A stretch of 64,000 bases of DNA from Dimorphilus gyrociliatus. Lineage: Eukaryota; Animalia; Annelida. The DNA lies in the NCBI GenBank assembly GCA_904063045.1, contig CAJFCJ010000002.1:3839891-3903890 (forward strand), written 5' to 3'. Of the stretch, positions 23,151 to 36,620 are shown piece by piece (positions within the stretch are counted from its first letter, which is position 1; every line of letters begins with the position of its first letter). Position numbers and translations under genes: made by a program. The notes under the pieces were generated by a model. The model saw only the letters and a program-made list of their open reading frames with translations. It made no database searches and was not told where the DNA came from.

Positions 23151-26100
23151 ATGGAGCTTTTAAAAAATGAACCTTCTGGAAAATATAACGTCCCTTTAGG
23201 ACATTTCGATTTTGATTATATTAGAGGTTGTAGTAATTTGAAAGAACTGGAAAAAATACTGAAAGTGTTAAGGTATAAATTCGTTGTCATTTTCTTTTAC
23301 ATCTATGTACCAGAGTGACTTTAAATTAGATCCGGTGACGAAGGGAAGTATCCTGAACTAGAACAATGTTGTGAGGAGAGAATTAAATCTATAAATCCAG
23401 AGAGTCGAGTTCTTCGACAAGACACTCCTTTGTTAAATGTGAAAGACATGGATGATAAGGATCAGATCAAGAATATACAAGATGACATAACGGTATATGA
23501 TATACTTTATTTATATAAATTTATAGACCAATTCCAAAAACAATTGTTCACCTCAACTGATTATCTGATATGTCTTTTAGCAATGGACTTCTGAAATGAA
23601 AATCAAGGAAGATAGAGCAACCGAATTTCACGATGAAAATCTACCTCCAATTAGAGGATCTTCTGTTATTAGCGGCAACGCATCGTCATCAAAAGTAAGA
23701 TGATTTTCAAAGTAAAAATCAAATAGATAACAAAGAGTTTTAAACAGGCGACAGAACCAGCAAAGCGTCCAGTAAAACCTAGGGAATATCGAGATTGGGA
23801 TAAGTTTGTTTTCTCGAAAGTTATTAATAAGAACCTTAATTTAATTCAACTATTACAGAATTGATGTTGAGAAAGAACTAGATAAGATTGATTTAAATGA
23901 AGACAAACCGAAAACTAACAAAAATATCCTTAGAACAAGCAATGTTCAATCTATTCCAGATTCGATTGATACATCAGGTAATCTATTTCAGACTATCAAG
24001 TCTGTTATTTAACTATATTGTTTTTAAGGTTTAGGAGAAGAGCAAAAATTCAAATTAGCTGAGAGAGAAAAGGAAAAAGGAAATGAGGTAAGAAAGGTAC
24101 TGCAACAAGTTTCTTTTATCATGGAAATTCCTATCTTAAAAAGGCCTATAAAGCCGGAGATCTAGCCGAAGCTATCAAATATTACACAAGAAGCATATCT
24201 GTGATAAATAATCATGCTTCCTATAATAACAGGGGCTTAGCTTGTGAGTTTAATACAAATGTTTTCTGTCTTTAATAATATCCTTGACTCTACCCTTCAT
24301 AGACTTAAAGCAAAAGGAATATGGAAAAGCCATGTCCGATTTTGATAAAGTTATACAAATGGAACCTGAAAATGTTAAAGGTATCTTAAATTTTGATGAC
24401 AAGCTAATTTTAGATATTTATTATTCAACTATGTTCGATAACAGCCCTTATTCGACGCTCAAACTGTTACAAGGAAAAAAAGCAATTGATTTTAGCTCGA
24501 AAGGACATTGAAACTGCTCTCAAACATAATCCAGAAAGTAAACATGCACTTGTAGGTAGACCTGTGATACTTTCGGATTATCTGAAAATAGAACTATTTT
24601 TAGAAAGAAAAAATACTTATTGAAGAAGCACTTGCTGAACAAAAAGTAAAGGGAAGAAAAATGGTGATAGAAGATATTGAAGGGTCATCTTCAGACTCAG
24701 AAGAAGAAAATACTTCAGTCATTGAAAAACCTAATGTCAGTGAGGAAAATAATTTCAAAACAACTGCTGTCAGTGAATCAAGTAGCAACCCAGAAGTAAA
24801 ACCAGAAGTGAAGATTGAAAATGAGGTAAAAGCTAAATTAAGTAGGTCTAAAGAATCTAAAGAACAAGAAAATATGAAAAACAAAGAGGAAAGAGAACTC
24901 AATACTGAAGTTAAAGAAAGAAATCAAGATAACAATGAAATCAATATAAAGAAAAATGAAATTCAAATCAAGAAAATGCCAAAGAAAGTGGAGGATAAAA
25001 AAGCAATAGCAAATGATTTCTTTAAACGCGGGCAATACGATCAGGCTATTTCTAATTATTCTTCCGGAATAGATATGTTAAAAAATTTAAAGGATGATGG
25101 TTGTTACAGTTTTTTGAGCGTGCTTTCTATGCTATATGAATAATATTTTGCAGGTTACAACTTTCATTTAGCCACTCTTTTAAGCAATCGAGCTCAAGCT
25201 AATATCAAAATTGGTGATTGCTCGTCAGCGGTAAAAGACTGTAATTTATCCTTAGACATTTTCCCCGGTTTATGGAAGACAGTTCTTAGGAGGGCGAGTG
25301 CCTATGAAGCTATGGAGAAGTACTTTATATCTCTTAGATTACAGAATAAATTTAATCTAAAATTTCTTTTAGATATCATGAAGCCTACGCCGACTATCAA
25401 CTAACCCTAACAATGGTGCCGGGAAACGAAATGTCTCTACAAGCAAGTGCAAGGTATTGACATTTACAACAACCCCTAGTTTATAATATACTTTAACTCT
25501 TTTCTTTCTGTTTACAAGATGCATGAGAGTTCTACAAGATCTTCACGGAAACAAATGGCGGCAAAAAATTCCAAAGAGACTCGCTATGACATTATATGAA
25601 GGACCGAGCAGTATATCCAATGTTGAAACCACAAAAAGTAAAGAAATTGAAAGATTATTTAATATAAATAAGACAAAGGGAAATGAATTAGTAAAGAAGG
25701 TATGTTCATAATTTATTTAAAAATATATTTTTATTAATTCCAAATCTTTCAGGAAAAATATAAAGAAGCTATTAATTACTATTCAGAGTGTATAAAGATT
25801 TCCCCAGAAAGTACACCTCCTTATACAAATAGAGCTTTGTGCTATTTAAAACTGGGTGATAGTGAAAAAGCTAAAGATGACTGTTCTAAAGCATTAGAAT
25901 ACGAGAAGGATAACATTAAAGCACTTTATCGTAGAGCTCAAGCTAATGATGTAAATGTTAAAAAAAGTAGTTTCATTAACTTAAATGAATTTTTTATAGG
26001 CTTTGAAAAATTATAAGTCAGCGAAGGATGACTTAACAGCGCTTCTTCAGTTAGAACTTAATAATAAACCAGCAAAAATTTTACTTCAAGCAATTTCGAA

Positions 26101-26884
26101 AGTAAGTCTTCAAAATTATAAATCACCGTCAAAACAATAGTTCTGGTAACAGAAAGAAGAAGAGAGCAAAAAAGAACCAGGACGTCATAAAATTCCTATA
26201 GTGGAAAGTGATTCTGACGAAAGTTCTGACGAAAATGAGACAAATGTAAAAATAGTTAAGAAAAAACATGAGGATATTGTCAAACCTCGTGTGCGGCCAT
26301 CTAGCGATCAAGAGTCTCCTGCCCCAAGTAAGGAGCCGATATCTGAGAAAAATATGACAAATCATAATTTTATGAGGATTCTAAGTGAAGAAAGTGGTGC
26401 AGAAAAATTAGTAAATGTTCTTGAACAATTTGAACCACAAAAGTTGTCTAAAGGTATAGGCAATATATTTGAATATAGTTTAGGACTTTAGTTATTGCCT
26501 TTTACAGTTGTTGGAAACAAGTTGGAAGGAAAAGCTCTCGCTAATTTAATAAAATGCGTGGACCTAAAATTTTTGAAAGAAGGTAAGATCAGTTTTCAAT
26601 TTATCAAATATTGAATTTTCGATGTTTTTTTTACCTAGGAAATTGTAAACAAGCTTTTGAATATCTTAAAGCTATTGTAAGAATTCCTAGATTTGCTTTG
26701 AATTATAAATTCCTATCTAAAGCAGAACAAGCAAGTTAGTAATCCACATTACATTTAATCTCTATTAAGTTTCTATACTTAATATTTTCATTGAATTTCA
26801 GTGATAAAGTGTGTAGTTGATAAAATTGAATCTGCTCAATGTTGTTCAGGGGAGGAACTTTATAATATTAAGAAATTCTTATAA
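23151..26884 (+). CDS. SPAG1: Sperm-associated antigen 1 (TPR co-chaperone, RPAP3-like C-terminus), multi-exon
   Basis: N-terminal VPLGHFDFDYIRGCSNLKELEKILKVLRSGDEGKYPEL is typical of SPAG1; three TPR clusters (EKEKGNE, ANDFFKRGQY, KTKGNELVK) and a C-terminal helical domain. Confidence 0.9.
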
Positions 26885-27034
26885 TACAACAGATTTTGGT
26901 TTTATAATCATCGATGTTCTACATAAAAATAAATTAGACAGTTAAATATTTTGATTGTATATTCTTTTTATTAATTTACTTCACAATCTTTAAAACTAAG
27001 AGACAAAAGTTTTCGACTGTTTCCCTTCCGCTTT

Positions 27035-28687
<1,653 letters not shown>

Positions 28688-28861
28688 AGTGATTTTGAGG
28701 TCAAGGACATATCATACGTAACAGCATGTTTCGATTCACAGAAGCCTATTTCGCGGTACTTTTTAAATAATAAATCTTTAACAATCTATCATAGAATATT
28801 CTTTTTAATAGTTTTATTAATGTGGAGCGTTTCGTTTGCCGAAAAAAATTGATCTCTTTGC

Positions 28862-29558
28862 TTATGTTCTCTCTTCTTCCTTCTCCAAAATATACTTTAA
28901 ATTATTAACCATGTGTTGATGAAGTTCTTTTGCTTCTCTTTTTACGAAACTAATTAATATTTTTGGTGAAGCAACCTGATAGATCTCCTTAAACTTTACT
29001 TTATTTCCTTCGTTAGTAATTTTCCATAAGTTGGTTACTATTTCGAAAAAATATACAAAGCGTAACAATTCAAAGACTATATTAATATATACATACTTTC
29101 TAGAAATCCATTCAAAATGTGTGAATAAGATCTAATAGTATAATTCTCTTCATCAAATATAAAATAAGATGTCAAATTTAAATTACCAACAAATTTCAAG
29201 TTTTCAACTATTATTACATTTACATGACGCACATTTTCATCATCAACAACATCTTTAGTAATAAAGACACTTTTTCTACAAAAAATTTAATAATAGCAAT
29301 TAATTAACAGAGATGTTTCTACAGAGATAGATTGTTTATTACAGATTTAATAATGACAAAACAATTATCGCTCACTTACGCAGGCAAACTTATTTTAGGA
29401 ATGTTCTCTAAATTCGAGAGGAAAGCATAAACATTTTCTTTGCTTGAATTTATTAAAATTTCAGTAACTATTGTATCAGATACCTTGCTAAAAGCAAAGT
29501 ATGCGAAAACTGAAACACTTATAACAAGGAAACTGTAAAATAGTGCTCGACGGTTCAT
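28862..29558 (-). CDS. Putative SRPBCC/START-like (polyketide cyclase-like) protein with N-terminal hydrophobic anchor, 3 exons
   Basis: MNRRALFYSFLVISVSVFAYFAF (TM/signal), then ILINSSKENVYAFLSNLENIPKISLP (I.I.A....V...L.D....P.W-like) and a C-terminal helix ELHQHMVNNLKYILE; exons join in frame. Confidence 0.6.
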
Positions 29559-29611
29559 TTTTTTGTAATACTGTTCCAATCAAACTTTTTTATATTTGGT
29601 GTCCAGCGATC

Positions 29612-30164
29612 ATGTCTTCTGAAAATGAACAACAGCAATATTCTGTATTGCCTAAATCTATGTCTGGTGGACCACATGGTTTAGGTAAAGATCATAATGT
29701 TTTTGTTTTCATAAATAGTGTTAATTGCTTACAATCTTTTTAAAAATAATAAGAATAAATTATTGTATCTCAATATCGCTCATTTTATAAGGCGACCCGA
29801 CAAGCAAAGATCTCAGGGTAGTTGAAAAGGAAGTCGTTATTGGGAAAATTATGAAAAAAGTTGCACATGAGAGATGTAGAGAGGTTGTTAAAGCGTTTAA
29901 TGAATGTGGAAAAAACAATGGTCTTCTAATGCCCTTCAAATGTCGCAAGGAGAATGATCAGATGAAGAAATGTCTGACCAGATGGTAAATATTACAATAG
30001 TTCAATTAAATTGAACATTTTTATCTCTATCTCTAAAAAGGTATCAAGATGACGAATTTAGAGCTGAATGTACACAGATGTATTTAGATGAAAGATCGGA
30101 ATATCGAAGAACTGGTATAAGTAAAATTCCTCCAAAAAGAGGCGCAAAACCGCCTCAATCATAA
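29612..30164 (+). CDS. CMC1: COX assembly mitochondrial protein (twin CX9C), 3 exons
   Basis: GGPHGL|GDP..LRVVEKEVVIGKIMK..CREVVKAFNECGK..PFKCRKENDQMKKCL..W|Y. Confidence 0.9.
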
Positions 30165-30357
30165 CAAAAGACAATATTTAGTAAGATTTTTGTTGAAGAA
30201 AAAATTGAAAAGCTGTTATAAATAATTTTATTAGAATATTATTATTCAAAAGTGACTTGTCCATTGAAATTTAATATAAATAATTAACCTATTATAAGGT
30301 ATTTTGAAAATATCTGCCCCTATTTGAAAGAAATACTAATTTCACTAAGTAATTATG

Positions 30358-31959
30358 TTAGTGATTCAAAAGACTGCCACTCGGGTCAGATCTCTCTAAT
30401 TTTTCAAACTGTTTCCTTGCATTAGAAATATTCATTAAAGTTGCAGTCGATACTGAAAAAAAAACATGTCATTACTAATATTTCATTTTATATCAAAACT
30501 AATATAGACTTTACTTACAAACACTCTCATCTGACATAACAATCATAACATAAGTATTTGGAGTAAAAACATCTATATAGGCTGCGAAACTCGAGTGTCT
30601 AATTTGCATACTCTATACATATAGATAAAATAATTTGATGAAACATTGTATCTTCAAATATTGAAAATAAACCTTAAATTGAGTAGCAATTTTATTACAA
30701 CTGAGCTTAAACTGCTTGATGATATTGCTGATCTTTTCAAAACGATGAATATCTTTGTGCTTTTTCAGTTGAACGTACGAAATGACCTAAGATACATAGG
30801 AACGTTATATTAAAGAGGTTTTTTTTACTGTTTTAAGATATTTAAAAATGATATTTACCAAAAATGTCGCTCTCTCAAATAAAAGAACTTCATCAGCATC
30901 AATAATATTTGCGAATTCATTTAGCTTGGATTCCAATTGTCGTACATTAGGAATCAATAGATAAACTATAGATGACCAAGCCTTTGTTTTTCATGAAATA
31001 ATAATGTTATTATAGCATTAAGTATTTTCATTTGAATTCTATAATTAACTTTACTTTATAAAGAGTTTCGTCCCAAATTGAAGTAGCAAAACAGGTACAA
31101 TCTAATGGTTGTGATAGTAATTTCAAATCATTCTCTCGTTCGGTAAAAATCTATAAATATATTTGTAATAAACGAATAGTAAAATGAAATGGAATCTTAT
31201 TCATTTTGGATTCATAAACTTACTTTGCTTCTTTGGTCATCTTGAACTAAATCCATTTTATGAATTAAACAAAAAACTTTAGCATTTGGTGAATTTTGTA
31301 AGAGAGCTTCAAGGCATGTTTGATAATAATTGATATCCTTTTCCAATTCTCTGCTCTCAACATCAAAGACGTAGATCAAAACCTCTACACTGCGAAAAAT
31401 GTTATCTCTTTGAGCTTGAAAATAATTTTCCATAAAAGCCTGTTGCCTGAATAGTTTAACGTTTATATTATTAAACAATATATTAATACTATTATATAAT
31501 TCAAATATTACCCTCCGCAATCCCAGAGATTTAGTACCAGATTTAAAAATCGTACGTGCGAATGTTCAATTTCAACTTGAATTAGATGAAATATACAATA
31601 ATATAAATTGCTTGATATTAAATGACTAATGTTCGTAAATAAAAACTATTATGCTTATCATATAATTAAATGTAAAACAATATATTAATATAAAATTAGA
31701 TCATGTTTATATCTTTCAACTAAATTTTGGTCAATGATGAGAAACGGTATGCTCATAATAGCTTTAATTATTTGGAAATTATTCTTAATTTAAATTACTT
31801 GTTGCTCCCAAACGTCTTGTATCTCTGGCCATATAATTAGCAAATATGATTGACCTCATACTGGTTTTTCCCGAACCACTTTTTCCCATCAAAAGTACCT
31901 GAAATATATAAATTTTAACAATAGATTATATATCTTGTCAATATTACCTTCTTTTTCAT
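30358..31959 (-). CDS. RRAGA: Ras-related GTP-binding protein A/B (Gtr1)
   Basis: MKKK|[30 protein letters not shown]|[15 protein letters not shown]. Confidence 0.97.
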
Positions 31960-32102
31960 TTTTATTGTTTATCGTTAATAATATGTAATGTAGTAAATCT
32001 TTTAATCAATTTTTAGGATAAGTTTAGGGATGTAAATATCTGTAAAATCACTGAATTAGGCACGTTTCTACCAAAATGTAAAGGTCACATGACAAGCTAA
32101 GA

Positions 32103-32146
32103 ATAGATGGCGTTAAAAGCGATATTATTATTCATAGATGGCGTTA
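32103..32146 (+). promoter_or_regulatory. Tandem ATAGATGGCGTTA motifs (CTCF/YY1-like core) in the divergent promoter region
   Basis: Identical 13-mer at 32103-32115 and 32134-32146, between the RRAGA start and the gene at 32285. Confidence 0.45.
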
Positions 32147-32284
32147 GTTATAAAAGCGGGAAATATTGTCTATTTTATAAATTTAAATATTTATGAGGGA
32201 AAAATATCAATACCAGTAGCTTTATCAACAATTAACTAGAAAATACATTTAAAATGAGTTATTTTTTAAAGCGTAACGTCAAAA

Positions 32285-35200
32285 ATGAACTCTTTTATAA
32301 TTATTTTTGTGAAAATATATGGAATTTTTGCAAATACAACTCTAAAAGAAGAATTTATGTCTTATAATCTTTTTAATAAATTCACAGCTGAGCTAATTGA
32401 CAAATTGAACATTGGTGAAGGTCAAGATAGTAAATCTTTTGAAGTTGAGAACGTTCAAAAATTTGTCAATTTTAATTATGATAATCAAGGTTCACTTATC
32501 TGCTACCCTAATTATGGATTATGCGATCTTAAAGATTCGTTTGCTAATTATGCAGTTATTAAATTGGATGAAAGTAATTTTTTAGATATTTTAATGAATG
32601 ATTTTAAAAGTTTTATTAAACTATTACATAATTTTTTTTAAAAGATGAATATATAACTCCAATTTTGGCGGAATATCAATTTCTTAATGATTATGATAAA
32701 TTGGAATATATTCAAGATAGTAATGGACCATTCGTTTTAATTCCTAAATACGTTAACAAATCTCAAACTTATACTAAAAGTGCAATATTTTATTTTGACG
32801 CCTCTGATTTAACTTCTGGAAAATATGCATGTATATCTTTAGTACACTGTACAAGCAGCGAAGTAGTATATATTAAAATAGCTTATCATAAAATTAGAAT
32901 TATTCCAATGAGCTTTTTAAATAACTTGAGATTGTTAATTACCTTTCAAATGAAATGTATATTTGGTGAAATAGCTAAAAAGTCTGTTGGGAATGCTATA
33001 TTTTTTAAATATATTAAGAAATTTTTTAATGAAGGATTAAGAGATAGTTTAAATTTTATGAATATTACGCAATATAATTATTACTTTAGTTTAAATAATA
33101 ACCTAGAAACGATCAACTTTCAATCGTTCTTTTCTAATGATGATAGGAAATTATTAAAATCATTTTTAATGATTAAAAACTCTGATCAAATAGTTTATAA
33201 TTTAAAACTATATATTCTTGTTGAGAGTTCATCGAATGTTGGGGAAAAAATATGCACTAATGATAAACTAGAGGATGGAATAATCAAATTCTGGATTAAT
33301 GAACTATATAATAGGTTTATTTATTATTTATCATGCTGAGAAATTCTGCATTGTCATGATTATATTGCATCTTTTCAGACCAGAAATAGATAGGAGAGGT
33401 ATATGTCTTAAACCAATTATATCTTGCAAGCGTAGGTGTAATTATGGAGAAAAATTAGACGAAAATGTAAAAGATTATTGTTTACCATGCCCAAAAGGCT
33501 TTTATAAAGATGGAATGACTATGATATTTTCTGAAGATTGTTTTCCTTGTCCTCCCTACACGTATCAAGATGTGCAAGGTAGCGAGAAATGTAAACCTTG
33601 CCTGAACGTCAATTCTTCAAACATACCATTAATAGGCAGTACAACGAAGGAAGAATGTTACTTTACCTTGTTCGATATTAATAATATAGCTGATAACAAT
33701 TTTACAACCATATATTACGCTGAAATTGGTAAAATTGTTATTATGGATTGCATCAACGACTTCTTTAAGGCATTTATCTCTAACAATAAAATTACTTTTA
33801 TTAGATGGAGAACACAGATAGGAAAGACCGTTTCAAATACAGATTCAAGCTTTCATATCATAAAAACAAAATTAAACATTTCACCAGTTAAACCTAGACA
33901 TCATGGAATTTACACATGTTCTATTACTATTGAAACAAGTGATAATAGAGTTTTTTCAACAGAATTTACAAAGATTCTGATTGTTTATACGCTACCAACA
34001 ATTAAACTTGCCCTACCTGGCTATATAATGAATAGATGTACAAAAATACTTAGTAAAAGTTGTTCAAAGCTCTTTAAAGGGAAAGGGAGAATTAAATATA
34101 TGTTCTTTAAACTTTTTGGTATTTTAGATTATAAATATTTCCCCTGGCTACCATATGCAACACTTTTTAAATTTCGAAAGTACCGTATTTATGGAGGTAC
34201 TAAAGACGAATACTTAGAAGTAAAAGTGGAGAAATTGAAATCATTAAAAGGAAGAACAGTATATAACTGTTCATTAAATGGAGATCTACCTAAAAGTAGA
34301 CTTTACAGATCAAAGTATATGTTTCATTCAACTTTTTTCATTTTTGCCTTAAGAAGATCATCTAAGATATATAAAAAGAGATTAAGGAATATTAAAAATT
34401 TTTTAAAACTTAAGAAATGGTCTTTTAAATATTTCTTTTTTGCTGAATGTATATTACAAAATAAATTTGCATATCAGGACTTGTTTAAATTACTTGATAA
34501 TAAGCAACGTAACCTTGTTCCTGTAATAAGCGGTACTTGTCGGAAAGGATTTGAATATGATATACTGTACTTGTTATGTTTGCCATGCCCACCGGGATAT
34601 TTTTCAAATAAACTGTCCATTATTTGTAAAAAATGTAAACAGAAATTCTATTCAAGTAATTACGGTGAAAAGAAATGTAGAAAATGCAATAAAAATAAGA
34701 TAACCCTTCATGATCGATCTTCAAAATACGAATGTAGAAAATTCGCTCTCGATAACAGCAGTTATCCAGTTTGGCATAGGAGAAGAGGGTCCAGCATACC
34801 AATTAGTCTTTCCTATTGGAGGGATCTATCATTAATTCTAACAGATAAAGACAAGGATAAAAAATATAGAAGATCTGTAATCAAAGAGAAGTTTTCCCCT
34901 CCAAACGAAAGAAAACTAAATTCTTCTAAATTTGAGTTTAATCTAAATGGTAGTCATTTCATTGAATTATTATCGCAAATAAGGTTATCTGGAAATATTC
35001 GTATTGTAAGCGTTTTTCTTACGATTATACATATTATACTTGTTAATTTTCTAATATATGGTATTTATAAACAATGCTCATACTATCAAGAAGACAAGAC
35101 AAAACTCAAAGAGTATACTCTTGTCCTTCAGCAAATAAAAGGAGAGGGTTGTTTAAAATATATAAATTGCTTTTCAAAAAGAAACATTGAAGCGAATAAG

Positions 35201-35554
35201 CTTAGGAAACAGATTAAACGTATGATAAACAAGGCAAAGGGTTTAGATAATATTCTTAAGGATAATGTTCAAGAGGCTTTAAAAAAGAGGGTGTTTGGTG
35301 GTAAAAATCAACTAATTAAAACCATTGTTGATAGTTTAACAAAGGCTAAAGCCGAAAGAGCTTTAAGGTCCAAATTAAAACAACAAATTGAGGAGGAAGA
35401 AAATAAAATAAAAGAGGAAGAAGAACGTCTTAAACAGCAAGGTTTTAAAGGTTTGAGAGAAGCCAGGTTAAGTAAAGAACAAGATTTGGATGATTTTTTT
35501 GCCGGATTAATGGCAAATTTAGCTGATCGTCCTAAAGATAATAACAAAAGCTGA
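32285..35554 (+). CDS. Uncharacterised type I membrane protein: signal peptide, unknown region, GCC2/GCC3 (ephrin-receptor-like) Cys-rich repeat, Ig domain, second Cys-rich repeat, TM, coiled-coil tail
   Basis: CLPCPKGFY..CFPCPPYTYQDVQGSEKCKPC; Ig core IMDC..IRW..HHGIYTCSI; CLPCPPGYFS..CKKC; TM VSVFLTIIHIILVNFLIYGIY. ORFs are joined by an inferred intron at about 33315-33377; the junction near 32640 is uncertain. Confidence 0.7.
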
Positions 35555-35828
35555 TTATAGCTAAAATGAATGAGAATATAATAAACATTTGAATATAACG
35601 TACATGTATAAGAAGGATAAATTTAGAAGGAATTTCTCAGCATTCTATTGACGTTATTTATAAATAGTGTATCACTGTTTCCATGACAAATATTTTTTTC
35701 TCTATTTAGTACTTGAGTGGTAGTATAAGAGTTATTAATGCGGGCATTATATAAGGCATTGCCCGAGTATTGTTTTTGTTTTTAGAATAAAAGAGAAAAA
35801 GCTATTCAAAAGTTAACATTTGCTAAAA

Positions 35829-36407
35829 ATGGATGCTCGTTCAAAGTCCTCGAGTAACTTTTCCTCAAATTGTAAGTACCCACCAGAGTTTTATTTATCA
35901 TCATCTTTTAGAACTAAGTACGAAAATGAGGAGAGAAAGTTGGATGAAAAGCTTCATTTGTTATATTTAGAGAGATACAATATCAGAAAGAAGATAGAAA
36001 TTGAACAAAAACTTTTCTTTATGAATAAAGCTTTACAAGGGAGGAGAAAATTGAAATTTGGTGATAATGAGACTCCAATAAACTTGAAACAATCGCCAAA
36101 AAATATGGTAAACGGTATTTTCCATAAGAAAACAAAATGTGAATTATATTATAATGAAAATCCTCAATTTCATACAAATATCGCAAAGACATCGTTGATA
36201 GATGAAAGCAATCTTGAGAGAATATGTTCAACATTACCCAATCATTTAAAATTAATTATTAATAAGAAAAGAAAGGAAATTGAATTTTTCAAGTTGCATA
36301 AACGTGAAATTATTGTGCAAGCTCATCGGATAAAGAGTTCAAGAAAGATACAAGATAATCAACAATGGAATAATCTTATTCGTTCATTAAATTTACTTGG
36401 CTTGTAG
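35829..36407 (+). CDS. Uncharacterised basic coiled-coil protein (about 192 aa), single exon
   Basis: Uninterrupted ORF with helical ENEERKLDEKLHLLYLERYNIRKKIEIEQK; no family recognised. Confidence 0.55.
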   Translation: MDARSKSSSNFSSNCKYPPEFYLSSSFRTKYENEERKLDEKLHLLYLERYNIRKKIEIEQKLFFMNKALQGRRKLKFGDNETPINLKQSPKNMVNGIFHKKTKCELYYNENPQFHTNIAKTSLIDESNLERICSTLPNHLKLIINKKRKEIEFFKLHKREIIVQAHRIKSSRKIQDNQQWNNLIRSLNLLGL

Positions 36408-36620
36408 AATTAATCTTAGAAATATGTATTGCATATACAACAAAAGAAAATGAATCAATATTAAATCAAAAAATTAATTAACCTAATATGAGAGCACGTT
36501 AAAAGAAAAATAACGTAAATAACGTCAATTTTTTCATTTGTTGGCACGTAGAAATGGCAATAAATCGATCATTTATTATACTGTAGTTGTCTTCTTAAAT
36601 ATATAGTTATCCTATTTAAT

